A stretch of DNA of 64,000 nucleotides from NCBI RefSeq assembly GCF_006345805.1, contig NC_043005.1, positions 20,088,001 to 20,152,000 of the forward strand. The letters run 5' to 3'. The notes beneath the pieces are model-generated. The model saw nothing but the letters and a program-made list of their open reading frames with translations, was not told the origin of the DNA and searched no databases. Position numbers and translations under genes: made by a program. Each line of letters starts with the position of its first letter. The first letter of the stretch is position 1. The DNA comes from Octopus sinensis (Eukaryota). Positions 1 through 9,898 of the stretch are shown here, in pieces.

Positions 1-11
1 ATTAATGTTTT

Positions 12-116
12 GCAGAAGCAACAGAGTGACTTAAGGGCCAAGAGTCTCATGCATTGATGCTAATCAAGTGCCAACGCATGAAACTCTCGGCCCTTGAGTC
101 ACTCTGTTGCTTCTGC
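12..116. repeat. Fold-back hairpin (41-bp arms, 23-nt loop), probably a Penelope-like element terminal remnant
   Basis: 12-52 GCAGAAGCAACAGAGTGACTTAAGGGCCAAGAGTCTCATGC is the reverse complement of 76-116 with 3 transition mismatches. The loop and right arm contain ATGC...GCAT GAAAC, resembling the second half of a hammerhead core. Confidence 0.6.
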
Positions 117-169
117 TAAATATTGATAAACATATAACTCATAATAGCCGTAATTTCTTAGAGATACAT

Positions 170-376
170 AGCCATAAACTTGGGGTAAGTGATTTGTCAA
201 TTAAATTAACTTAAATCAACCTCAGTACATCACTGGTACTTTATTTTATCACCATCAAAAGGGGAAAAAGCAAAGTTGGCTTTGACTGGTTTTGAGCTCA
301 AAATGTAAAGTAATCAGAGAAATACCTCCTAACATTTTGCCTGAATCTATAACATTTCTGTCTGTTAACCACCTTC

Positions 377-412
<36 letters not shown>

Positions 413-812
413 GTTTCGAATGTTGGAACAAGGACAGCAATATTTGGTTTGAGATTAGTTGATTACATCAACCCCAGTACATAACTAGTACTTATCTCAT
501 TGGCCCAGAAAGGATGAAAGGCAAAGTCGACGTTGGCAGAATTTGAACTTGAGATGTAAAGAGCCAGTAGAAAGGCCCCTGAGCATAATATCTGATGTGC
601 TAACAATTCTGCCAGGTTGCCACCTTCATAATAATTGTTTCTCACACAGGTATATGATCAGAACTTTGTTCTGATCCCCGTGCTGACTGGTACTTTATTT
701 CATTGACTTTTGAAAGTTGAAAGGCAAAGTTGGCAGGATTTAAACTCAAAACCTGAGCAAATACTGCAAGGCATTTTATCCAATACTCTTATAATTCTGC
801 CAATTCACCTTC
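170..812 (-). mobile_element. Three tandem degraded copies of SINE family C (about 170-376, 411-626, 635-812)
   Basis: Each resembles the reverse complement of the better copy at 55263-55477 (gaaaggcaaagtcgac...gaatttgaact, gtactggtac motifs). Confidence 0.7.
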
Positions 813-1189
813 AGTATATAATTGGTGTGTTTGTGTGTGTGTGTGTGTGTTTGTGTGTGTGTGCATGTTTGTGTGTGTGCATGTGTGTGTGTGTGTGTGT
901 GGTGTGTGTGTGTGTGTGTGTGTGTGTGTTTACTTGGATGTATTTCTATATATATTTGTAAGTGGCTCTGCATTAGACCAGTAGTTCTCAACATTTATCT
1001 GCTCAAGCACCCATCACCTTTCAAGCCCAGGTTATCCTTACAGCCCCTCATGAACACAATGAATTGAAAAAAGACTATTTTAACAATGTGAAATTTTAAT
1101 TACAGCTGTATCATATAAAATCATATAAAATCAAGGTGTTTGCTAGTATGTACTAAAAAAAGGAAAACAGCCATTTCTGTGGAGATAAA

Positions 1190-1900
1190 ACTTTACAATA
1201 ACAAACAATATTCTATAAAGACATTGCAACCCTCTGTCTCATGCATCCTCTTGCTCATTGTGGGTTGCTTCATAAATATTATTAAATACTATTAATTTGA
1301 ATTTTGATAAATCATTGAGGAATTAATGGGATAGGTTTGTTGGGATGTATTCAGTTACTAGGAATACATCCTGGGTTTAAAGAATTTTGTGTGATGAAGT
1401 AATAGTCTGCAATAGTCAAGATGGTCAAAAAGAGGTAAAGTTCATGAGTTTTAAGTTTATATGCCATGAGATGTTGTAATCTGAGGATCTAGGATAGTTC
1501 ATCTGCTTGAAAAAAACTGTTCTAATACTTTTTAAGGAGTGCTTGATTGCAAACATAAGTCAAGAGCTGATCGAGGAGGGCAACAAATTAATATGAGATG
1601 GGGTAGACTGAAAATATATTTAAGAATAATAATTTACTGGGTAGGAGTGTTAATTGTTGTAAGGTATAAGATAATATACTTTAAAAAGTAAATCACCGAA
1701 ATTATAGTAAATTCACTAATTTCTTTTTATAGATACAGTGAAGTGTAGGTAGGGCTAAATAGTGTGTCTGAAATAGATGCTGATATATAGAGGAACGGTG
1801 GTGTTTATAGTTGATCTGTGACTAGAAGGACATGGTGATGTATTGAATAAGTGTTTAAAAGTGCAGGAAGGAAAGGATATAGTTTCATATATATTATGTA
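1190..1900 (-). pseudogene. Possible highly decayed Penelope-like GIY-YIG fragment
   Basis: The minus strand reads SDYNISWHI, resembling the Y-I-x-W-x-I motif of PLE GIY-YIG C-termini. Its end (gagacagagggttgcaat) resembles 20315-20355. Confidence 0.25.
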
Positions 1901-1957
1901 AAAAGGAAGATTAGTGGGGAAATAAAAACAGTTGGGGTTTAAATATATATATAGGAG

Positions 1958-1965
1958 TATGTATA

Positions 1966-2056
<91 letters not shown>

Positions 2057-2093
2057 ATATATATGTATGTATGTATATATATATATATATATA

Positions 2094-2125
<32 letters not shown>

Positions 2126-2188
2126 GTATGTTAAACGATGATGATGATGATGTATATATATATATATTTCTATATATATATATATATA
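1958..2188. repeat. Representative microsatellite tract; dozens of (TA)n, (CA)n, (GA)n, (TAC/AAT)n, (CAT)n and (GGT)n tracts occur throughout the window
   Basis: Directly visible; these tracts account for most of the YI/HT/CV-rich ORFs in the track. Confidence 0.99.
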
Positions 2189-2285
2189 TATAAAATATTA
2201 TTAGAGACAAAACCACTATTTTGCAAAACAAACAAGGAAAGACTTAATCAATACATAAAATTTTAATAAATAGTCAAAAAAACCG

Positions 2286-2328
2286 CCACTACAATCGTTT
2301 CTTGTCTTGATCGACAATCTTCAGGTGG
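2286..2328 (-). ncRNA. Minimal type-I hammerhead ribozyme (mirror copy)
   Basis: Exact reverse complement of 2610-2652 in the left palindrome arm. Confidence 0.8.
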
Positions 2329-2609
2329 ACTTCCAATAATTCAGTGTCAATTATGAAGTGAAATTAAATTCTTAGCCGTTAAAAAAATCAAACCAAAATT
2401 ACGTTACCATAGAAATAACTTATGTAAAAAAAGAATACGCGCCATGGAAAGTAAACGTCATTTAAATTAATTTAAATGACGTTTACTTTCCATGGCGCGT
2501 ATTCTTTTTTTACATAAGTTATTTCTATGGTAACGTAATTTTGGTTTGATTTTTTTAACGGCTAAGAATTTAATTTCACTTCATAATTTGACACTGAATT
2601 ATTGGAAGT

Positions 2610-2652
2610 CCACCTGAAGATTGTCGATCAAGACAAGAAACGATTGTAGTGG
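2610..2652 (+). ncRNA. Minimal type-I hammerhead ribozyme
   Basis: CCAC-CTGAAGA-TTGTC(gatcaa)GACAA-GAAAC-gatt-GTA-GTGG: stem I CCAC/GTGG, canonical CUGANGA and GAAA core, 5-bp stem II, minimal stem III, GUA cleavage triplet. Confidence 0.8.
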
Positions 2653-2823
2653 CGGTTTTTTTGACTATTTATTAAAATTTTATGTATTGATTAAGTCTTT
2701 CCTTGTTTGTTTTGCAAAATAGTGGTTTTGTCTCTAATAATATTTTATAATATTTTACTATAAAATCGATTTAATCCTAAATCTGATTTTTTCCCTGTAA
2801 ATTTGGATTTATTCCCTAATATT

Positions 2824-2860
<37 letters not shown>

Positions 2861-3317
2861 TAGATAGATATATATATATATATGTACACATGTATACAGT
2901 CATACGCATCTATACATTATGGGCAAGCTGAGTGGAGATGAATGTGTATTGGGAGTAGGTTATTGATGTACACAGACATATATTTCTATATGATTACTTT
3001 GTATTTCAGTTGTAGTGACTAGGTAGTACATTATAATGAATTATTGTAATGGTCAATATTTATGGCTGATATTAGCACAACAATGAAATATGAGAATTAT
3101 GAATGGGCAATTGTATGTTTAGTTGTTAACTTGGCATGTGGCCTCTTCAGAAACTTGTGTGGGCCCCAAATGCCCAATATTTTCACATGGCCTTTAAAAA
3201 AATGCCAGGGCACACTAGAGACCATATAGCCTCTGCTTGGAAATCACTATACTAAACTATGTACAGTATGAATATGTTTATGTATACACACATGTATATG
3301 TCTGTATAATATATATA

Positions 3318-4125
3318 CAGTGGGGGGAAATAAATATTCGTACATGTCAAAATTCTTTATTTATCTAATTTCTAATGAACATAAATGGGATACACCAATA
3401 CTATATTTGCATACACATGCATAAACTATGAATGTGCAAAAGAAACTTATAAATTATAGTTACTAAGGAATTTATATACAATTATAAATATTTAGGGATG
3501 AAAAAAGTATTTGTACAGAACATAAATAACTGATAATTCTGATTTAATACTTCGTAGCATAACCATTATTCAGTTCCACTTCAACCAATCTCTTCTCGTA
3601 GTTCTTAATCAATGACTTGCATGTTTCTTTAGGAATTTTTTCCCATTCTTCTTGACAAATTTTCTTCAAATCTGTAATGCACGTTGGGGCTCTTGAATGA
3701 ATTTTAATTTTCAAATAACGCCACAAATTTTCAATAGGGTTCATTACAGGTGACTGGCTTGGCCATTCTAATAATTTTGTATTGTGATCGACAATCCATT
3801 TTTTGATAGACTTCACTATGTGCTTAGGATCGTTATCCTGTTGTAAACCCACCCTTCACAAAGCTGGAGCTTTTCTACAGAGTCCCATAAATCATTGTCC
3901 AAAATATTTTGGTACATCTCTGCATTCATTCTACCATCTATCACATGTAAATTGCCAGTACCATTTGCAGAGAAACACCTCCACACCATGATGCTGCCAC
4001 CTCCAAACTTTACTGTAGGAATTGTGTTTTTGGCGAATATAGTATTTGTATATCTCATTTATGTTCATTAGAAATTAAATAAATAAAGAATTTTGATGTG
4101 TACAAATATTTATTTCCCCCCGCTG
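3318..4125 (-). mobile_element. Internally deleted Tc1-like (DD34E-type) DNA transposon
   Basis: TIRs CAGTGGGGGGAAATAAATATTCGTACA / TGTACAAATATTTATTTCCCCCCGCTG, with similarity extending about 90 bp. TA on the left; the right TSD reads TT. Confidence 0.9.
3544..4058 (-). pseudogene. Truncated, frameshifted Tc1 transposase (catalytic C-terminal half)
   Basis: Motifs [35 protein letters not shown] and GYATKY*. There are 34 residues between the second D and the E. The N-terminal half is missing and a frameshift lies near 3845. Confidence 0.9.
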
Positions 4126-4405
4126 TTTATATCAGACTTGCTAATTTCCTACAAAGTTTAGCTTACTCACAGTAATATTTTGAGTTGCAAGTAACAGAGG
4201 GAGCACCAGAAATGATAGTCTTCCACATTTAATGTTTTGTGGTATTTTGTTTTGCCTCTTTACATTTTGAGTTCAAAATCTTGCTGTGATGATTTTTTAC
4301 CTTTCCTCTCTTCAGAATTGATAGAATAATTACTGTCAAGTTCTGTGAGTAGATTGAGTAATTCAATCATTTATACACCACACCACTACATATCTGTAGC
4401 TTTAA

Positions 4406-4608
4406 CCCTTTCGTTAACATATATATTTTGAGATGCTCTGCATTTCTTTCAATTATTTAAATATAACAAAGAATTTAGTAAAATAACTTAGCTAGTGTTA
4501 AGAACATAAATTATGACTAAGATTTGGTGGAAGATTTTAATTCAAAACTTATGAAAGCAAGACATTTGTACTACAGAGCCAGTTTCAACCAGGTTGGTAA
4601 CGAAAGGG
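4406..4608. mobile_element. piggyBac-like MITE
   Basis: TTAA|CCCTTTCGTTA...GTAACGAAAGGG|TTAA. A second copy lies in the opposite orientation at 29057-29276. Confidence 0.85.
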
Positions 4609-4722
4609 TTAATGAAAGAAACCAATATTTTGTTTTGTTACTTCCAGGAAATTACATGTTGCTGTCATCGGTTACCTAGCCCAATCCTGGTTTAGTAGAT
4701 TTAGAATTTTTGTTTTTTCCAG

Positions 4723-4821
4723 ATGTTATATATAAACAATTGCATTATTATAAATTTAAAGGAGGAGGACACATTGGATAATATAAAATTACATGTTAAT
4801 TCAATATGTTGGTCATCTGAG
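4723..4821 (+). other. Candidate 99-nt internal exon (MLYINNCIIINLKEEDTLDNIKLHVNSICWSSE)
   Basis: Strong acceptor tttttgttttttccag|, donor GAG|gtaaat, length divisible by 3, frame 0 open. No homology recognised. Confidence 0.25.
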
Positions 4822-4829
4822 GTAAATTT

Positions 4830-5105
4830 ATTGGTTACCTTCAGTTAATAACTTCACCACCAATGGTAGGTATACTGCTTGTCTTAGATAAATAATTTAA
4901 TTAACTGCTATAGATACCTTAGTTACCTCAGGTACTTCTTTTCTTAATTAACTCTCTTAGATATCTTGCTTACCTGCAGTGATTTTCCTAATTACTTGTA
5001 TTAGCTAGATACTTTCTTACCTGAAATGGTTTACCTAATTATCACCTTGCTCACCTGGGGTGATGTTCTTAATTACCTCTGATAGACACCTTGTTGACCT
5101 GTTAA
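4830..5105. repeat. Degenerate minisatellite of about 45-47 bp (TAATTA...TAGATAYCTT..TTACCT)
   Basis: Units start near 4897, 4944, 4989, 5036 and 5069. Confidence 0.6.
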
Positions 5106-5763
5106 CGATATATAACCACTCAGTTTGTTACATAGGTTTTTGTAACAATTTCTTTCTACTCTTTTATCTCAACAGTATGCTTTGTGTGGCATCACATGTT
5201 CACTTTTCAAATCACCTGGTATCTTGTAATGAGATAATAATTGTCATGACTTTGTATGTGTGTGTGTAGGTATGGAAGGTATTATTTCACAAGATTTAGG
5301 TGTTGAACAGCTACATAGGACAAATACAATTTGTAAACTAAGAAAGGTACATCTGTACATGTGGAGAGATGTGAGTTCTGATATCTACCAATTAGAATAC
5401 TTGTTTTTTTTATGTGCTGTTTAAGACTATTTATCATCAATGTTTTTAACATTGTTAACCCCTTAACCATTTTAAATGTTGGACATGAATTTCCTGATTG
5501 TTATCCTCAGCATTACCATTGTTTTAATGTCCACTTTGTCTATTCTTGCATGAGGCAGACAGAAATCTTTAAGGCAGATTTTCTATGGCCAGATACAACT
5601 TCCTGTTGCCAATTCCTACTTGTTTCTAAGTAAGGTATTATTTCCTTATGGCAGGACATTTTTGCAAAATACTGGAAATGAATTTGTGAATTATATGAAT
5701 TGTATGACTGTGGAGCTTGTTCACAACTATTGCACAATGTCAAGAGAAGGATACACAAGCACA

Positions 5764-5826
<63 letters not shown>

Positions 5827-6865
5827 ACATGCCCCCACTACACCACACACACACACACACATACACACACTCACACACATGCCCCCACTACACCACACAC
5901 ACACACACACACACACATACATATATCAGTGCAGGTGTGGCTGTGTGATTAAAAAACTTACTTTTGAACCAAATGGTTTGGGGTTCAATTCATGCCAGAC
6001 TGATCAAAGCCTTTGAATAGATTTGGTGAATTTGGTGAATGGAAACTGAAAGAAGGCCATTGTAAGTGTGTATGTGTGTATTTTTGTCTTGACTTCATGT
6101 GATAGTTGTAAGCAAATGTCACTGACACACCAGAAGTGTCGTTCATCTCCAGTCTTCTATGAAAAGGTGTACAGCCATGGGTAAATAATACTTATTTGGG
6201 AACAGGTGAGGGTTAACAATCAGAAAGTCATCCAGCCATAGAAAATCTGTCCCAATGAATTCTATTTGACTGACCCATGCAAGCATGGAAAAATGAATGT
6301 TAAAACAATAACATATGGGCATTTTTCAGTTTCTGTCAACCAAGGCTTTGATCAGCCTCGGGCTATAGTTGAAGACACTGTTGAGTCTTGATTCACAAGA
6401 GAAAATAAACATCTCACAGTTTTGTTGCTTTCTTCATATATATATTCACAGCAAATGCCTTGTTCCTAATTTAAAATTGACATTTTCAACAATCTTCCTA
6501 TTACCATCCATGCCACAGTTCAGGGAAATAACATCACCCATAGGATCTGAGTTCAATCCTCAAAAACAACAGGTAAACATCTAAGGGTCGTGAACTAGGT
6601 GGGCTTGGCCCTTTTAGAGTGTCAGGAACTAATAGGCTAAAATGCTTGGTGGGAGTTCTTGCTCAAGCGGACCTATGATCTGAAGTGTGCCCCATCTTAA
6701 TTTTAAATATGTATCTTGTACTACATTACACAAAATACCTTTTTTTACTCTCTTGACAGTAGGCTGCTATTAGTGAGATATTTAGCTGCTGTTTTTAGCT
6801 CACACTTTCACTCAGGTTTGCTTTGTTGAACTATAAGATAATTAAAAAATAGAAATATATCTTAC

Positions 6866-6923
6866 TGAGATGAGGCCAACCACAAAATCATAGCATTTTT
6901 TTCCATCCCATAGTACACAATCA
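6866..6923 (-). other. Candidate 58-nt exon (DCVLWDGKKCYDFVVGLIS or IVYYGMEKNAMILWLASS)
   Basis: Acceptor ctttgctatccataccag| and donor TCA|gtaaga; two frames are open. No homology recognised. Confidence 0.2.
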
Positions 6924-6949
6924 CTGGTATGGATAGCAAAGTCAAGACA

Positions 6950-7455
6950 ATATGAGGGAATGCTAAAAAATTTCTGAATTTGTGTAAAAAAAAAAATACA
7001 GGAAGATCAATTGATTATGATTTCATTCAACATCTCAGATTTTATTCCCCGCTCAGATTCACACACTTATTGCTGCAGTCCTTCAGTTTTTCTTAGCCCT
7101 GTGAAAGAACTCAAAAGGTTGGGCCTCCAACCAGGCCTTTCATGATACCCTTAAAACCAGAAACTGTTCGGCACCCCCTCGTTTATAAATTTTCAGTACT
7201 TGAAAAAGAGAAGAGGCCAAGTTGATGCAATGAAATTTGAAGTCACAGTGGTAAAGGTTGTAACTAAACACCAAAAATCACATCACTTACTGCAGCTGCT
7301 GATCCAGTTATACTAATTTCTAATTTAGACATTAGGCTACACACAAGTGTAGTCTTATGCCTAAATAATAAAGTGTGCCTACATACATCTAGGCCTCCAA
7401 CCAGGTATTTCATGATACCCTTACCACCAGGGAATTTTCAGTACCCCCTCGTATA
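6950..7455 (-). mobile_element. Composite mariner-derived MITE: MITE, then a spacer of about 200 bp, then a repeated MITE end
   Basis: Termini resemble TACGAGGGG..CTGAAAAGTTCCTGG at about 6950, 7155-7182 and 7428-7455. 6950-7390 matches the reverse complement of 25990-26426. Confidence 0.7.
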
Positions 7456-7689
7456 TTTAAAAGCATTATATTATCATCAAGTATCACAAAACTCAGTGAA
7501 TGTGAAAGGCTATTTTCACTGATGTGTGTGTGTTTAATAACTCATTGTTACAAACACACACCATACATAACTACAAAAGTATATGGATCTTGATCAGAAT
7601 TTCCAACCACAAGTTTTCAGTTATTCATTTACCTGAGCTACCTGCTAATTGAATTAATATTCAATGATGTGGATGAATATTCCAGAGAC

Positions 7690-7885
7690 ACTTTTACTTT
7701 TAACAGATCCTTCCTGAGTCATATAGGGCTGGTTTCCAATTTCCATGGCACATATGTTACTCTGGACTGGAGTTTCATGAAATGAAGTGCTGTGCTCAAG
7801 AACACAACGCATTGCCCACTCCAGGAATTGAAACCACAATGTTACAATCACGAGTCCAACACCCTTACCACTAAGCCACATACCT
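7690..7885 (-). mobile_element. tRNA-derived SINE, family D (degraded)
   Basis: Reverse complement resembles 60837-61090 (tggcttagtggtaagg...tcaattcctgga...ttcttgagca). Confidence 0.65.
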
Positions 7886-8260
7886 CCACAAAAGATAAAA
7901 AATACCACTTGTAATATAGAATTGTATTTTCTTTTATTCAATATTTTCTTTTTAATAGAGATGGGTCATTACCCTCCACCCCACTCCTGGTGAGTATCAG
8001 GTTTCATAGATACCCTCTCAAATCAGTGCCACTCACCAACATAACCTATCAGTCTCTCACTTTCCACTTAAATGACTCTTGCTGAATCAGACATAAGCCA
8101 TAGCGAGTTTCATTGAATCTTAGTGATTATTCTAAATTAAATTTCAGCCCATCCCTTGCTTCTCCATATCAAATCTATGCTTATGTAATAGATGTGCATG
8201 TGTGTATATCTGTATATACATGTATAATGAGAAATGTGTATATATATATATGTGTGTATG

Positions 8261-8300
<40 letters not shown>

Positions 8301-8348
8301 AGTGTGTGTGTGTGTGTATGTGCAAATATGTGTGTGTATGTATGTATG

Positions 8349-8391
<43 letters not shown>

Positions 8392-9160
8392 ATCTGTGTA
8401 TTTATATATATATATATATATTCTACATTTTGTGAAATATGTTTATATAATAAAAGTGTGCGAGAAATATGTTTATGTAAAGCAAATATGTTTATATATA
8501 TTTATGAATAGTGTATATGTGTGTGTGTGTGAGAGAGAGAAATATGTTTATATAATACAAAAATAAGATGGTGTGTGTGTGTGTGTGTGTATACACTCAT
8601 ACACATATGTATGTGTATATCTGTCTACAGTGTGAATGTTTTTGTATGTTTTACATGTATGTGTATATGCACATATATATATATATGTATATACACACAC
8701 ACACACGTGTGTGTGTATCTATGTACATACACTGAGAGAGAGAGGGGGATGGAGGGAGAGAAAGAGAAAGGGAACACAATTACAATTGGAGATGAAAGGG
8801 ATCTGGTTATCAGTTGTGTTAAACACAGAAATATAATGAAATTAAAGAGAGGGAGAGATAGAGAAAGAGGAGAGGAGGAGGAGGAGAGAGACTGGTTTTG
8901 TAGTAAGGAGTGAAGAAAGAGGAGAAAACGCAGAATAAGGTGTTGGGAAGGGAGGGTAGCTACAGAACAGTGAGGGGGAAGAAAGAGAAGGAAACACACA
9001 GACACATGCACAAACACACACACACATGTACACACGCACACACACATGTACACACGCACACACACATGTACACACGCAAACATACACATAAGCAAATGAC
9101 GTAAGAGAACAGAAACAACAACATAAAGAGTAAGAACAACAGTAAACAGTATTGTGGATG

Positions 9161-9208
9161 TTACAAAGAAGTCTTTGAAGTGGGCAAAATTGGATGGATG
9201 ATTCCAGT
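9161..9208 (-). other. Candidate terminal coding exon TGIIHPILPTSKTSL*
   Basis: Very strong minus-strand acceptor (ctgac...tctttcttttccccctcaccattgcag|). Frame 0 ends in T-S-L-stop; the other frames stay open into microsatellite. Confidence 0.25.
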
Positions 9209-9898
9209 CTGCAATGGTGAGGGGGAAAAGAAAGATGCTGGGATGATGTCAGAAGGAGGAGAAAGAAGGAGGGTGACTGAGGTGGGGCAGAAAGCAATAA
9301 AAGACTGTGACTTTATAATGTAACAGTAAAGAAAAAAAATTATTTATTTATTTAGAATTAAGCAGAAAGAATTCAAAGGTCAAAAGTTCAAATCTTGTTG
9401 CTTCTGTCCTGGGCTATTGAAATCATTATGCCACAGTACACCTTGCTGAAAGTAGGTATCTTTTGCCAGATTCAGTTCATTTTTTTATTGTTGTGTTACA
9501 GGCAAAATAAATTCCCAAAATAAAAAAAAAAATTGTTCATAATGAACCTGTTCACCCAGTCCTAAAAATGTGGAATCTACAGTATTAAATGGTTTCTCTT
9601 AGTGTTCTGAGTTCAAATCTTGACAGATCTTTCTTGCCAGGAAAAGCAAGTTAATAAGATTAAGTTTTAGTTAAGTAATGGGTCAGATTAGTTGTCCTAT
9701 AAAGTATTGTAGTAGTGAATGGAATTATAATCAATGTACAATTAATTCTATACAAATTTTTACTGCAGCATCACGTACATGTTTTCTTGAGAGATGTGCA
9801 ACATTGTCTTTTTAATATAATGGTAAATAGGCATTATATTTAATTTGTCATGCTGTAGGGGTGTTGTTGTTTAGCTGGACAGTTCTGATCATATAGAA

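Larger units (their letters stand above)
2189..2830 (+). mobile_element. Penelope-like pseudo-LTR with inverted 5' copy: 560-bp spacer-less palindrome plus an 80-bp tail, inserted in (TA)n
   Basis: 2189-2468 is the reverse complement of 2469-2749, centred on ATTTAAATT|AATTTAAAT, with one 1-bp indel seen. It contains a hammerhead motif, is flanked by (TA)n, and belongs to the same family as 43092-43318. Confidence 0.8.
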
